The notes beneath the pieces are model-generated. The model saw only the letters and a list, made by a program, of their open reading frames with translations, was not told the origin of the DNA and did no database searches. This document shows, piece by piece, positions 21,321 through 36,740 of a stretch of DNA of 64,000 bases. Each line of letters begins with the position of its first letter. The stretch's first letter is position 1. The stretch spans positions 1,019,200 through 1,083,199 of the forward strand of contig JAWQFM010000006.1 in the NCBI GenBank assembly GCA_033442325.1. The letters run 5' to 3'. Made by a program: the position numbers and the translations under genes. Source of the DNA: Salpingoeca rosetta (lineage: Eukaryota > Protista > Choanoflagellata).

Positions 21321-22271
21321 TTGTAGCACCTCTTGCGCCCGCCTCCCACTCCATACATGCCTCTCCTTTACTCTCGTTCACACCCTCACACACACACACG
21401 TCCACACACTCGCCCCCCATATCTCGACGGTCCCCACAACCCACCACCCACCACCACCAGCAAGCACGCGTGAGCGGACGACGCTTATGCTTGAGGTTGG
21501 CAGCGCTGCACGCGAGATCCACCCGCCACCATCACCGCTGCTGGTCCGTGACAGTCCGCGTCCCGTCGTGCGGTCGCCCCAGCGCCGCACCCTGCGCTTT
21601 GAGGCCGCGACGACAACGGCGCTGCGCACGTGGGTGGTGGAGCTGCTGCGGGCACGGGAGGCCGTTCGCACGAAATACGCAGAGCTACAGCGCACGCAGA
21701 GTCGCAATTCATTTGCGCTGCCCGACGGCGACTTTGCGGTGACGCTGCTGGTAAGCACAACGTTTGAGGACGACGGCAGCATGCGCGCTGCGGGCATTGA
21801 GCACGTGCAGCAGCAGGTACCGGACTGGGAGATCAGCTTTGAGCAGGGCGACGACGGGGAGGAGGGCCCGACGCTGGTGGAGACAACACGCAACGTGCGG
21901 GTGTTTCAGGGGCAGGACGGGCTGGGCATGACGCTGATTGGGAAGAACCCCGTGACGATCCAGGAGGTGGAGAAGGACGGGCCCGCGTATGCTGCCGGGT
22001 TGCGTGAGGGCGATGCAATCCGCGCCGTCAACGGGGAGGAGTGCACGTCGCTGTCGCACGTGGAGGTGATACACTTAATCCGGGAGGCGCTGCTGTCCCA
22101 GCGGCGCGACTGGCACCCGGTGGAGCGGCCCCTCGATCCGATTCCGGACATTGAGGGTGGCGAAATTGTCCGCGCCGCACACACACGCGGGTATGATCGT
22201 CATCATGATATGCACGCAATCAAACGAAGGCGGAGTTGGGTCGGGATGGGGGAGAGAAGAGGGAGGAGGAA

Positions 22272-22321
<50 letters not shown>

Positions 22322-22326
22322 TGGGT

Positions 22327-22363
<37 letters not shown>

Positions 22364-22536
22364 GTGTGTGTGGAGGTGCGCCAAGTTATACCTAGGTGCG
22401 TGCTTGCTTGCTCGCACTTGTTATGATCATGCTGCTTCCCTCTCATATGCACGCTTGCATTCACCTGGCTATCCTTCCATCCACGACTCTCAGGCCACAC
22501 AAGACAAAGAAGATGACGTTCCTCATGGAGATTTAA
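18769..22536 (+). CDS. Dbl-family RhoGEF with DH-PH-PDZ architecture; part of the DH domain falls in the assembly gap
   Basis: DH: YLTFCANQ..DLPSFLLKGMQRLLKYQPLLE..VNEAVRECEN. PH: RRLLLEGAL..VHAILVSDMLLVT..LRTWVVELL. PDZ: DGLGMTLIG..IQEVEKDGPAYAAGLREGDAIRAVNG..SHVEVIHLIR. The last exon (..KMTFLMEI*) is inferred. Confidence 0.85.
19340..19934. other. Assembly gap (N run)
   Basis: Run of N. Confidence 1.
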
Positions 22537-22940
22537 GCGCGGCCGTCATATGTACACACATACATGCACACGCATATGCAGCTGCATACCAACACGCGCA
22601 CAGTTTCCTGCCGCATAATTACCATCCTCATCACACCCGCCACCTCCGCCACCTCGATTACCACACCAGTATCATCGTCGTCATCGCTGCGGCTGCTGCC
22701 TCCTGGCCTTGCAACACATGTTCTGCTCCAGACCTTGTCATAATGGAACTCCTATTCTTTGTTTGCTTGTTTGTTTGTTTCCGCGTTGTTCACATCGCTC
22801 TTTCATGGAAGCAAGCGCTTGTTTGTTTCTCTTTCCGTTCTGATCTCTCTTGTGATATTGCAGACGCCCATCGTACCGGCTGATTGAATCACACGTGGCA
22901 TACTCACACACAGGCACACACACACACACAATTGCTCGCT

Positions 22941-23029
<89 letters not shown>

Positions 23030-23482
23030 GGAATGATTTCGTAGTGGACAGTGTTGTTTCATTTCGTGTGCCAGCCGTGCGACGGGTGAAAGAGATAAAA
23101 GGACAAAGCAAGCGAGCGCAGTTACAACCACCACCAACCAATACAGACAGACAGCGAAGACGCACACACCGCGAGTAGGGCAGGGATCAACACAAAGCAC
23201 CACCACCATGTCATTGCAGTCACGTCCAATGAACGATACACACGCCCAGTCCCCGGGCTCCGTTCATGGAAGAAGGGCACGCGCACACATGAATATGCGC
23301 ACACAGTCACAGACAGACAGACAGACAGACAGCCAGACAGCCAGACCCAGACACATATCCAGACAGACACATACACGGACGCACATGCACACAATTGTGC
23401 AGCATGGGAAAGGGGCAGGGGAAGGGAAATTGTGGGTCAGGGAGGCGCGGTTGCGAGCGTGAACGAGTTTGCGATGGCTGCT

Positions 23483-24873
23483 CTAGTACTTGTTGATGTT
23501 GAACAGGCGAACCTGTCGTGATTGGCAAGGCATTGTGGCGGTGGCGGAAGCGGAGCGGGAGGAAGTGCAGTGCGCTTCTGGGTGAGTCCAGGGGTTGGCA
23601 GCTGATACAAACAAATGGAAATCAGACACAAACACAGAGACACACAATCACAGAGGCACAAACACAGACACAGACACAAACACAGACACAGACACACACA
23701 TACACACAGACACAGACACACAGACACAAAGCAAAGCAAGGCAAAGCAAAGCAAAGCAAAGCAAAGCAAAGCAAAGCAAAGCAAACATACCCCGTGCATT
23801 TCTGGGAGCTTGGGGATCATGATGAGTGCGAGGAAGGAGAGGTTCACAAAGAAGTGCAGGTTGTCATGGTGCGTGTACGCCGTCGCCAGGAGGAAGCTGC
23901 AAGTTGTGGCGGTGATGTTAGAGGTAACCACACGTGCGTGTGTATGTGTGTGAATGACAAATGCAAGTGCAGCCGAGGTTGGAGAGGGAGCGTGGGTTTG
24001 CAGGATGAGATCTTTAACGCCCGTGACAACACACCCGCACACGAGCACACACACACACACACACAAGCAACAACTTACACAAGCACTGGGAACCCGATGA
24101 GGAATCGCTTCGTCTGCGTCATGTCGGGCGAGCTGCCAATCTGAATGAAACAACAAGCACAAACAAGTCGTGGATGGCAACGCGATCAGTTGACGCGCAC
24201 GTACGGATGTGTGTGTGTGTATGTGATGGGTGTTCATTGAAAGTGGCTTCGCACAGTTGCAGACCTGTTCCCATTGTGTGAGGCTGAGCGACTCTCCCTC
24301 GTCCATGGTCTCAAACGGAGCACCCTTGAGCCAGTGGAATGACACAAAGGTGATCTGTAGCAGCAGGGCATGAGCACAAAGCAAGCGCGCACACAGTTGG
24401 GCAGGGAATGAGAGGTAGCTGCGCGACATTCAGAACGCGAGGTTGTGGTGCGGGAGTGGAAACACTCGGGTGCGCACGCAAGTCAACATTGACGCACGCG
24501 CATGCACAGGTGTCGCACACAACACAACTAGTGCTGTAGACAAGGTTCGCTTGTGCAAGCACCAATCACACCGCATATTTACACACACACACACACACAC
24601 GTACACACACACACACACGTACACACACACACACGTACACACACACACACACACACACACACAGAACACACACATTCACAAACTCATGCGCAGTGTACGA
24701 TGACGCACCAGGCTGTGGCAAACATTTGTCAGGGTCCAGACGAGCTCGGTGGTGATGGGCAAGCTCAACAGCACCAAGTGGCACGCTGTGAAGAGCACGA
24801 GGTACATGGCAATGAAACCTGGGTGGTTCACCCAGGTCTCGTTTGGGTTCATCGCGTTGTATTTCAAGGCCAT
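23483..24873 (-). CDS. ORMDL: ORMDL/ORM sphingolipid biosynthesis regulator
   Basis: MNPNETWVNHPG, WTLTN, FHWLKGAPFETMDEG..LTQWEQI, KRFLIGFPV, IPKLPEMHG|VRLFNINKY*. Confidence 0.95.
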
Positions 24874-25286
24874 TGTCGCTGTTTCGGAAGAAGAAGGAAG
24901 AGGAGGAGGAGGAGGAGGCGCACGGGAGCTGTAGAGCTGAAGCGAATCAACCCACCACAACCACAACTGACAAGAGCTGTTGTGCAGAGCGCTGCGTATG
25001 CACACCGATGACGCAAATCAGTGGAGGCCACCAAAGAAAGACAGAAAGAAAGACAGGCAGGCAGGCAGGAAGTGTCGTGAGAGGCTGGCTGGTGCTGCTG
25101 TAATGCGTGAGTGAGTGGCCGCCACAAATAACCGAGATCGCAAAAGCTGGTGATTGTAGAAAATTATTAAACATATAGCAATTAATCGTATGTGCGCCAA
25201 CAACAAACACAACAAACCACCACCACAACACCTCAGCACAGCACAACAAAGCAAGCAAGCAGCGCGGCGACAGTGGCGAGCCAACG

Positions 25287-28045
<2,759 letters not shown>

Positions 28046-28577
28046 TCACAGTGGTCGAGCGTGTGGTTTGAAGTAGCGCACTTGTTGTGGCTGCAGCAGC
28101 GGGCCCTGTTTGCAGTTTGGGTTACCTTTTTGGAGTTGTGTCGCTCTTTTCGTGTAGCCGTTATCGCTGGCTTGTGGTTGGATTGGGGGGGGGGGGGGTT
28201 GGTTGGTTGGCTGGTCGTTTGGTGCGTGGTGAGGTGTATGAACTGGGCTTTGAACTGGGCTTTGAGTGAGCCCTCGCCCAGCATGGGTTATGCGTAGTTG
28301 TAGGTACGATGGTGGTTGTGGTGGTGGTGCGTTGTCTTGTGCCTTTGCTACTCGAGGTTTGTTATGTGTTAATTACATACAACAACTAAAGCACGATTAG
28401 CCAGAGTACAAACGAGGCAGAGAAGGGAAGAGACAGGGAAGAAGAGGGTTACAGGGAAGCAGCATGAACGCGTTGGGGGAAGGAAATCACGCTCATGCTC
28501 GGCAGATGGCATCGGAAAAGAAGGGGGGTGGGGTGGGGTTTGTGAGGTAATGATGGTGCCACGAAAGGAGGGCCCAG

Positions 28578-29385
28578 TCATCTCCTTCTGCCTGACTGTT
28601 TGCTCTTCTTGTCCTTCTTCTTCTTGTCCTTGTTCTTTTTGTTGTCTTTCTTGTCTGTCTTGTCCTTGCTTTTCTTCCGCCATGGCAGTGGTACTCTTGG
28701 CAGCTTGAGCTTGCGTGTTGAGCGTGAAGAGCTGTTGCCGCCTGTCTGGCTGCCATAGCGTTGCACTCGTTGTAGCGATCGTCGTTTCGCTTCCTCATAC
28801 TCTCGTCTAAATAATTGGTTTTGTGTTCGATGTTACGGTGTGGTGTCAGGACGGGCGCATGGTTAGGTGTCAAGTGCACACAGGAACGCAATCACGAGCA
28901 CACATGGGTGCACACAAGCACATGAACGCAATCAATCATAGCACGCCTGGGTGCACATAAGCACATGAACGCAATCAATCATAGCACGCATGGGAGCACA
29001 TGGTGCGCACACACAGAAGAAATACACACAGCATCCCTACACACACCAACGCACACACACGCACACACACACGCACACACATACGCACACAAAGCATCCC
29101 TGCAGCATTGCATGCCAGTGCTTACAGTCGCTGTTCGCGCTCAGTGTTTGCCATGAGCGGCGCCATCTCCATCTCTGCTTCAGCGCGCGCAATCTCTTCT
29201 GGGGTTGGCTGCCTTTTCCTGTTTCGCCGACACAGCTTCCAGCACCACAACCGACATGCCTTCTTGTCCCTGCTTGACATGCAACAAAAGCAACACCAAG
29301 GCACGCAGCACAGCACATACGGTGCGCTTGTCTCAGCGCCAATCGTCCGACTCCGCCGATCCGTCTCAACACCACCGCCACCCAT
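28578..29385 (-). CDS. Small two-exon orphan protein (162 aa): N-terminal MG, cysteine cluster, helical middle, lysine-rich tail
   Basis: Exons 29385-29126 and 28806-28578 join in frame through a GTAAG...TTTAG intron (489 nt total). Product: MGGGG..VLCCVPWCCFCCM..EEIARAEAEME..REQRLREYEEAKRRS..KKSKDKTDKKDNKKNKDKKKKDKK. The start codon is inferred. Confidence 0.6.
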
Positions 29386-29518
29386 CGCCAGTTGGTGTCC
29401 TGTCTTGACGCCTTTTTGTGGTGTTGTGTGCCTTGTTGTCCTCCACTCCACTCTTCCTTCCTCCTTCCTCCTCCTCCTTGTTTGTCTTCCTTGACTTCGT
29501 GGACACCACTGCAGCGTC

Positions 29519-30224
29519 ATGTCTCAGCTTCGCACCAAGATCACCCAGAAGGTCATGCTGACCCTGGACTCCTTGCAAAAGGGCATCACGGTACGCCTTT
29601 GCCCCCCCCCTCAAGCGCATTGTCTTGACGTGTGTGTGTGGTGGATGTGGTGTTTGTTTCAAGAGGCTCGTTTGTGTTTGTTTGTTTGGTTTGGTTTGGG
29701 TGTTTTGAATTGTGGGTTGTGTGTTCGTATGGACACTTCACTTTGTCTGCCCATCTCTCCGTTTCTCAGTGTTTCTCTTTGTACGTTGCACCAACTGATG
29801 CTATTCCCGCCTATTGCTGCGATGGCACTTGGCAGGACTCCAACTTTTCCAAGACGGGCAAGCTCACAGCCAAGGAGGTGCGTTGTGTGCATTGTGTGTA
29901 TGGTGTGCATTTTGTGCGTGAGCATGTTGTGGTGCTATTGTTATGTCCTTGGACAACAGGGGCGATGTTGTTGTTTCTCCAGCCGTCTCCTTCAATCACT
30001 CACCACGCGTGTAATCAACTACAATTGCACCTCTCGATGATGTTGGCAGTTTGTTGAGGCCGGGGACTTCCTTGTCGCCAACTTTCCATCGTGGTCCTGG
30101 TGCGTGCGCATTGCACCGCTTGAGATGCCGCTTCTCACCTTTGCTCTGATCGAACCCATTGTTTCGTGGCTCACACACACAATCCCTGAGCAACGCGTTT
30201 GGTGGCTTTGACTCATCGTCTGTG

Positions 30225-30283
<59 letters not shown>

Positions 30284-30436
30284 GCCGCGGGATTGGCTGA
30301 GAACAAGCGGTCACACCTGCCAGATGACAAGCAGTTTCTCATCAGCAAGAACGGTAGCACCCATGTTACGTCTGCATGTAAATGCCAACGTCGTGCCCCT
30401 CGCTGCAACGAGTCACACGCATGCAACCACACACAC

Positions 30437-30470
<34 letters not shown>

Positions 30471-32408
30471 TATCACCCGTTCTCATTGCCTTCACCTTGC
30501 CTGCTTGTGCAGTGCCGTGCTTCCCGCGCGAGGAACGTGAAATCCAGCTTGACGAGCTGAAGCTGGATGACGACGATGACGGCTGGGTGCAGACCAGTCT
30601 TGTCGGTGCGTCACAAGCCACATCGCCGCGCCTTGCACTGTTGTTCTGCTGCTCTTTTACACTCCTTCTGCACGAGCGTACGTGTGCATTGACGCGCCCA
30701 CATCTGCGAATCGTGTACCGCCATCCCACTTTTCACACACACACATACACACATACACATACACATGTATGCGTGCATGCAGGGGCACCGGAGGCGTGCG
30801 GGGTTGTGCCCGACCTTGAGGACGACGTGCCGGTAAAGGCGCAGGAGGAGCTGGACGACGATGCAGCGGAGGCGGATCTCGACGATGTGCCCACCCTCGA
30901 CGATGACGACGACCTCGAAGGTGAACAGTCAAGGGAGGGGCAGCTGTGGCTGCGTTTGGTGTGTGAATGTGTGGTGAGGTAGCAGCGTGTGTGTGTTGCG
31001 AAATCGTTGTCCAATGTTGCATTGCAACGCCTGACGCGTCACCCATCCCTGCTGCTGCTGCTGCTGCTGTTGCTGCTGTTGCTGCTGCTGTTGTACAGGC
31101 GCATATTACAAGGACGCCGTGGAAGACGACGACGAGGTGAGATGCACAATATATGCGCGCGCACGTGCGTGTACAGATGCTTTGCAGGCCTTCTTCATCA
31201 CGTGTCTCGCCTGTTTCTTTTGTCGTCGCCAGCACGGTCACCACCGCTACCACCACCACCAACCCCTCGCATTTCCGCCATCTGTGCACTTGTGTCTTCG
31301 CGTCTTCTCTGCTCAGGCTGCGCTTGACCCGTCTGGCGATGCCGACAACATCAAGAAACTCCGCTCCTATGACATCAGCATCCACTACGACGCACACTAC
31401 TCGGTGTGGGCATGCGGTTGTTGTACATCACCAGCCAGCACGCTCCCACGACATGATGTGCACTCATTTGGCTACTTTTCTCTCACCCAATCGCTTCTTA
31501 CTTTCCATCTCATCATCTAAACCAAGTTCCACCCATCCTCTCTCCACACCCTCACTTTCACACTCACACCCTCTCCGCCCTCGCCACCCCTCGTGTCCAC
31601 ATCACCGCGGCCAAGACGCCGCGCGTGTGGCTGTTTGGCTACGATCCCGACGGCAAGCCGCTGCAGGGCGACGCGTGGAAGGCGGACTTCAGCCCCGAGC
31701 ACGTCGACAAGACCGTCACCTTCGAGCGACACCCGCACCTCGGCTACCACTGCGCCTCCATCCACCCCTGCAAGTGCGTTGCCTCGGGGGTGATGTGTGG
31801 AGTGGTGTGGACTGACGTGGGGTAGAGTGTGTATCTGTGTGTGTGTGTGTCTGTGTTCATGTGTGTGTATTTGTATCACAACCAAGAGCTGCCCACTGCG
31901 CTCCTTTTGTGATACCGGCCCGCTCGTCCACCACATCCGTCCCCGCCTCATTCTCCTCGTTTTCGCACGAATCAAAGGCACGCTGAGGGCATGAAGAACA
32001 CCGTGGAGCTTCTTGTTGGCGACCAGGGCGCCGTCAGCGCAAAGTTGTACGTCAATCTGTACCGTGCTGATGACATCTGCCCTCGCACTGCTTCCCCTCT
32101 CGGCCGCATCTGTGCGCATGCAGTGCTTGCTTGAGTTGCGTGGTGGTTTAGACAGTGGCTTGCTGTGGTTCCCTGTAGCTTCTGCCCTCCCCGGCCCCAC
32201 TCGTCCCTGTCGTGTGCATTTCTTTTCATTGTGTACGCGTCAGCGTCAAGTGGGCTCGATTGCGTCCAGGGAACGCTCACACACATGTGCACATGCCACT
32301 AACCCTTCCCCGCGCTCTGACCATGCGACGCCACACCACACCATGCTGTGCTGTGCTGTGCCATTGCAGCTACATGGTCATCTTCCTCAAGTTCATCCAG
32401 GTGCGGCC

Positions 32409-32450
<42 letters not shown>

Positions 32451-32680
32451 TGTGTGTGTGTGTGTGTGTCTGTGTTGGGTGAGTTGTTCTTCTCGCAGCG
32501 CCCCTTTGCTTATGCGCCCTGCCGCTTCCTGATTTCTGCCGTTCATGCATCTCACATGCTCACCAACGAAACCCCAACCTCAAATGCTGCCCCTTTGTGC
32601 CCTGTGCCCAGTCTGTCATCCCCAACATTGAGTACGACTACACCAGCAAGTTTGAGGTCTCCCCGCGCCAGGCTGACTGA
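29519..32680 (+). CDS. ATG3: Autophagy E2-like conjugating enzyme ATG3
   Basis: [39 protein letters not shown]..NVPC, acidic flexible region, RSYDISIHYD, TPRVWLFGYD, catalytic SIHPCKH, YMVIFLKF, VIPNIEYDYT. Confidence 0.96.
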
Positions 32681-32869
32681 ACGCACAGCCTCGTACGTTG
32701 CGCTCGCTCGCGTGTGTGTGTGTGTGTCTGTTTGTCTGTGTCGCTGCGCGTTGATTGTGGACTCGAGAGTTAGGGTTTACTTTGGGCGTTGATTACGGCA
32801 TTTCAACCGCACGCACACACGCACGCATACATGCACCACCACCACACCACGATTCACATTCTGCCTTTC

Positions 32870-32931
32870 TCACTTTCCTGTCTTCTTCTTGTTCTTCTTC
32901 TTCTGTTTCGCCGATGTGTCACCCCCGCCAC

Positions 32932-32978
<47 letters not shown>

Positions 32979-33878
32979 GTGCCCGTACCCTTCTTGCTCT
33001 TCTTCTTCTTTTTTCGCTTCTTCTTGTTGCTGAGCAGCGCGGACGCCGACGCGGACGCCTGCTTCTGCCGCTGCAACACTGCGTTGAGCTTGCGAAGCAG
33101 CTTCTCCTCGTGCGACTCAACCCCAAGCTTCTCCTCAGACTTCTGCTCAGCACGCGTGGGGTGTATTTGTTGTTTGGTGTTGTGTTGTTGTGTTGTCGTG
33201 TGGTTGTTGTTATGGTGGTGATTTGTGGTATTGTGGTGTTGAGGATGCATTCATACACGAACCTGAACGCTCATCGACTTCAACAAGCACGAGAAAGGAG
33301 GCGCAGAGGGGGACAGGGAGCGAGGGAGCGAGAGAGTGTGTGCGCATATCGCATCTCGTGCACACACACACACAACACAAACACAAACACACACACACAC
33401 ACTTACACACTTCACAACACGCACCTGTTGCAAGTGTTCCTGTGTTGCGGGGCTCGGTCGCATGAGAAAGAGCCGGCCGCCATTGATGGTGATGATGGGC
33501 ACGCCGGCGACGTGTTTGAACTGCTGCATCACCTGCGGGTCCTGCGTCGCAATCACGTAGCGGTGCTTGTTGCTGTCGCCCACCATATCCTTCAGGCAAG
33601 CGGCAGCACTGCATCCTTTTGCGTGGCCGCAGTGGCGGTTCTGAAAGCGGCGAAGTACGAGCTTTGGACCAAGAAACTGATCACGGTCCTTCAACGCAGC
33701 AGCCAGTGTGTCAAGCTCACTAATCAAGCAGCGTGTCGTCACTGCCATGAAGCGTGCGCGCGCGCGTTATGCGTGTGCGTGCAAGTGTGTGTATACGCGA
33801 GTGTGTGTGTGTGTGCGTGCGTGCGTGCGTGTATGCGTGCGTGCGTGTATGCGTGTGCGTGCGAGAGTGTGTATACGC

Positions 33879-33929
<51 letters not shown>

Positions 33930-34641
33930 GGTGAGCAAATCAGCAACAAACACATGATTCAGAAGAGCAGAGCAAGATGACATACAGCTACTCCACCACC
34001 ACACACACACACACACACGCACGCACGCACACACACACACACGCACATGGCTTACATAGCTGTACGGTCGAGGCAAGGTATCGTGGTAGCTGCTCGGCAA
34101 TGTGCACTTTCACTCGCAGGGCTGCCTGCGCGAACGTTCCATCCACTGCGGCATCATAGCAACAGGAGCAGGAAGCGCATGAAGAATCCACGTGAGGGAG
34201 CAGCCACCAAACATGTAACTGTGTATGCACGAGCACACAAACTGTACAAGCCCATGCGCGTGTGTGTGCATGTTTGCATGTTTGTGCTGCTGACAGTGCT
34301 TGTGGTTGAGCTCACCAATCACTTGGTACGGTTCGTGGAAGCCAAACGCGCTCTGGTACACGGCCAAGACCTTCTTGGCCTTCTTCGTCTACCCCAACAA
34401 ACCCACATGCACACAGAGTGAGACGGAGCGTGAGACGGAGCGTGAGACGGAGCGTGAGACGGAGCATGAGACGGAGCGTGACTCCTCTCTTGCAGGCAAC
34501 AGGCCAAAGGAAGAGAGCAGAACACGAGAGAGGGGACCACGCACACAGGCAGACACACACACACACACTCACACACACTCACACACACGCACACACACAC
34601 ACACTCACACACACTCACACACGTACTCGGTTGATGCGCAT
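32870..34641 (-). CDS. UTP23: rRNA-processing PIN-domain protein UTP23
   Basis: MRINR|[24 protein letters not shown]|[47 protein letters not shown], with a lysine-rich C-terminus. Confidence 0.92.
34418..34481. repeat. 12-bp minisatellite, ~5 copies, in UTP23 intron 1
   Basis: GTGAGACGGAGC repeated. Confidence 0.9.
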
Positions 34642-34712
34642 GGTTGGTTGGTGCGTGTGTGCATGTGCTCGTTGTCGTGTCCTCTTTCCTTTTCAAAAGG
34701 AATTTTGGCGCA
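34642..34712. promoter_or_regulatory. Very short bidirectional promoter region (UTP23/UROS)
   Basis: Only 71 bp between divergent ATGs. Contains an AT-rich core CCTTTTCAAAAGGAATTTTGG. Confidence 0.6.
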
Positions 34713-36423
<1,711 letters not shown>

Positions 36424-36740
36424 TGGGTCGATGCCGTCCCACACCCATACCCTGCTTGCCTCACTCACTCGTTCTTTTCACCTGTGCGTGGTTCGCACTG
36501 ACGCATCAACCGCGCACACCGGAATCGTTCTGTATGTATTTTGCCTCCATTGCTTCTATTGCCATGCTGATGCTGTGTGTATGTAGTGTGTGTTTATTGG
36601 GGAAAACTCGCTGAAATCTTACACTGCTCCCAGCGCTCAAAGATGGGGAAGGCAATTGCGGCAAAACAAAGGGCAGCGGTGCGTATGGGCGAATGTGTGT
36701 GAGAGCACGCGCCTCATAGACAGAAAGAAAAGTGAATCAA

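Noticed and set aside
32770-32776. TTAGGG telomere-like word (also at ~19982)
   Set aside because: Single isolated copies with no array, and not near the retroelement.
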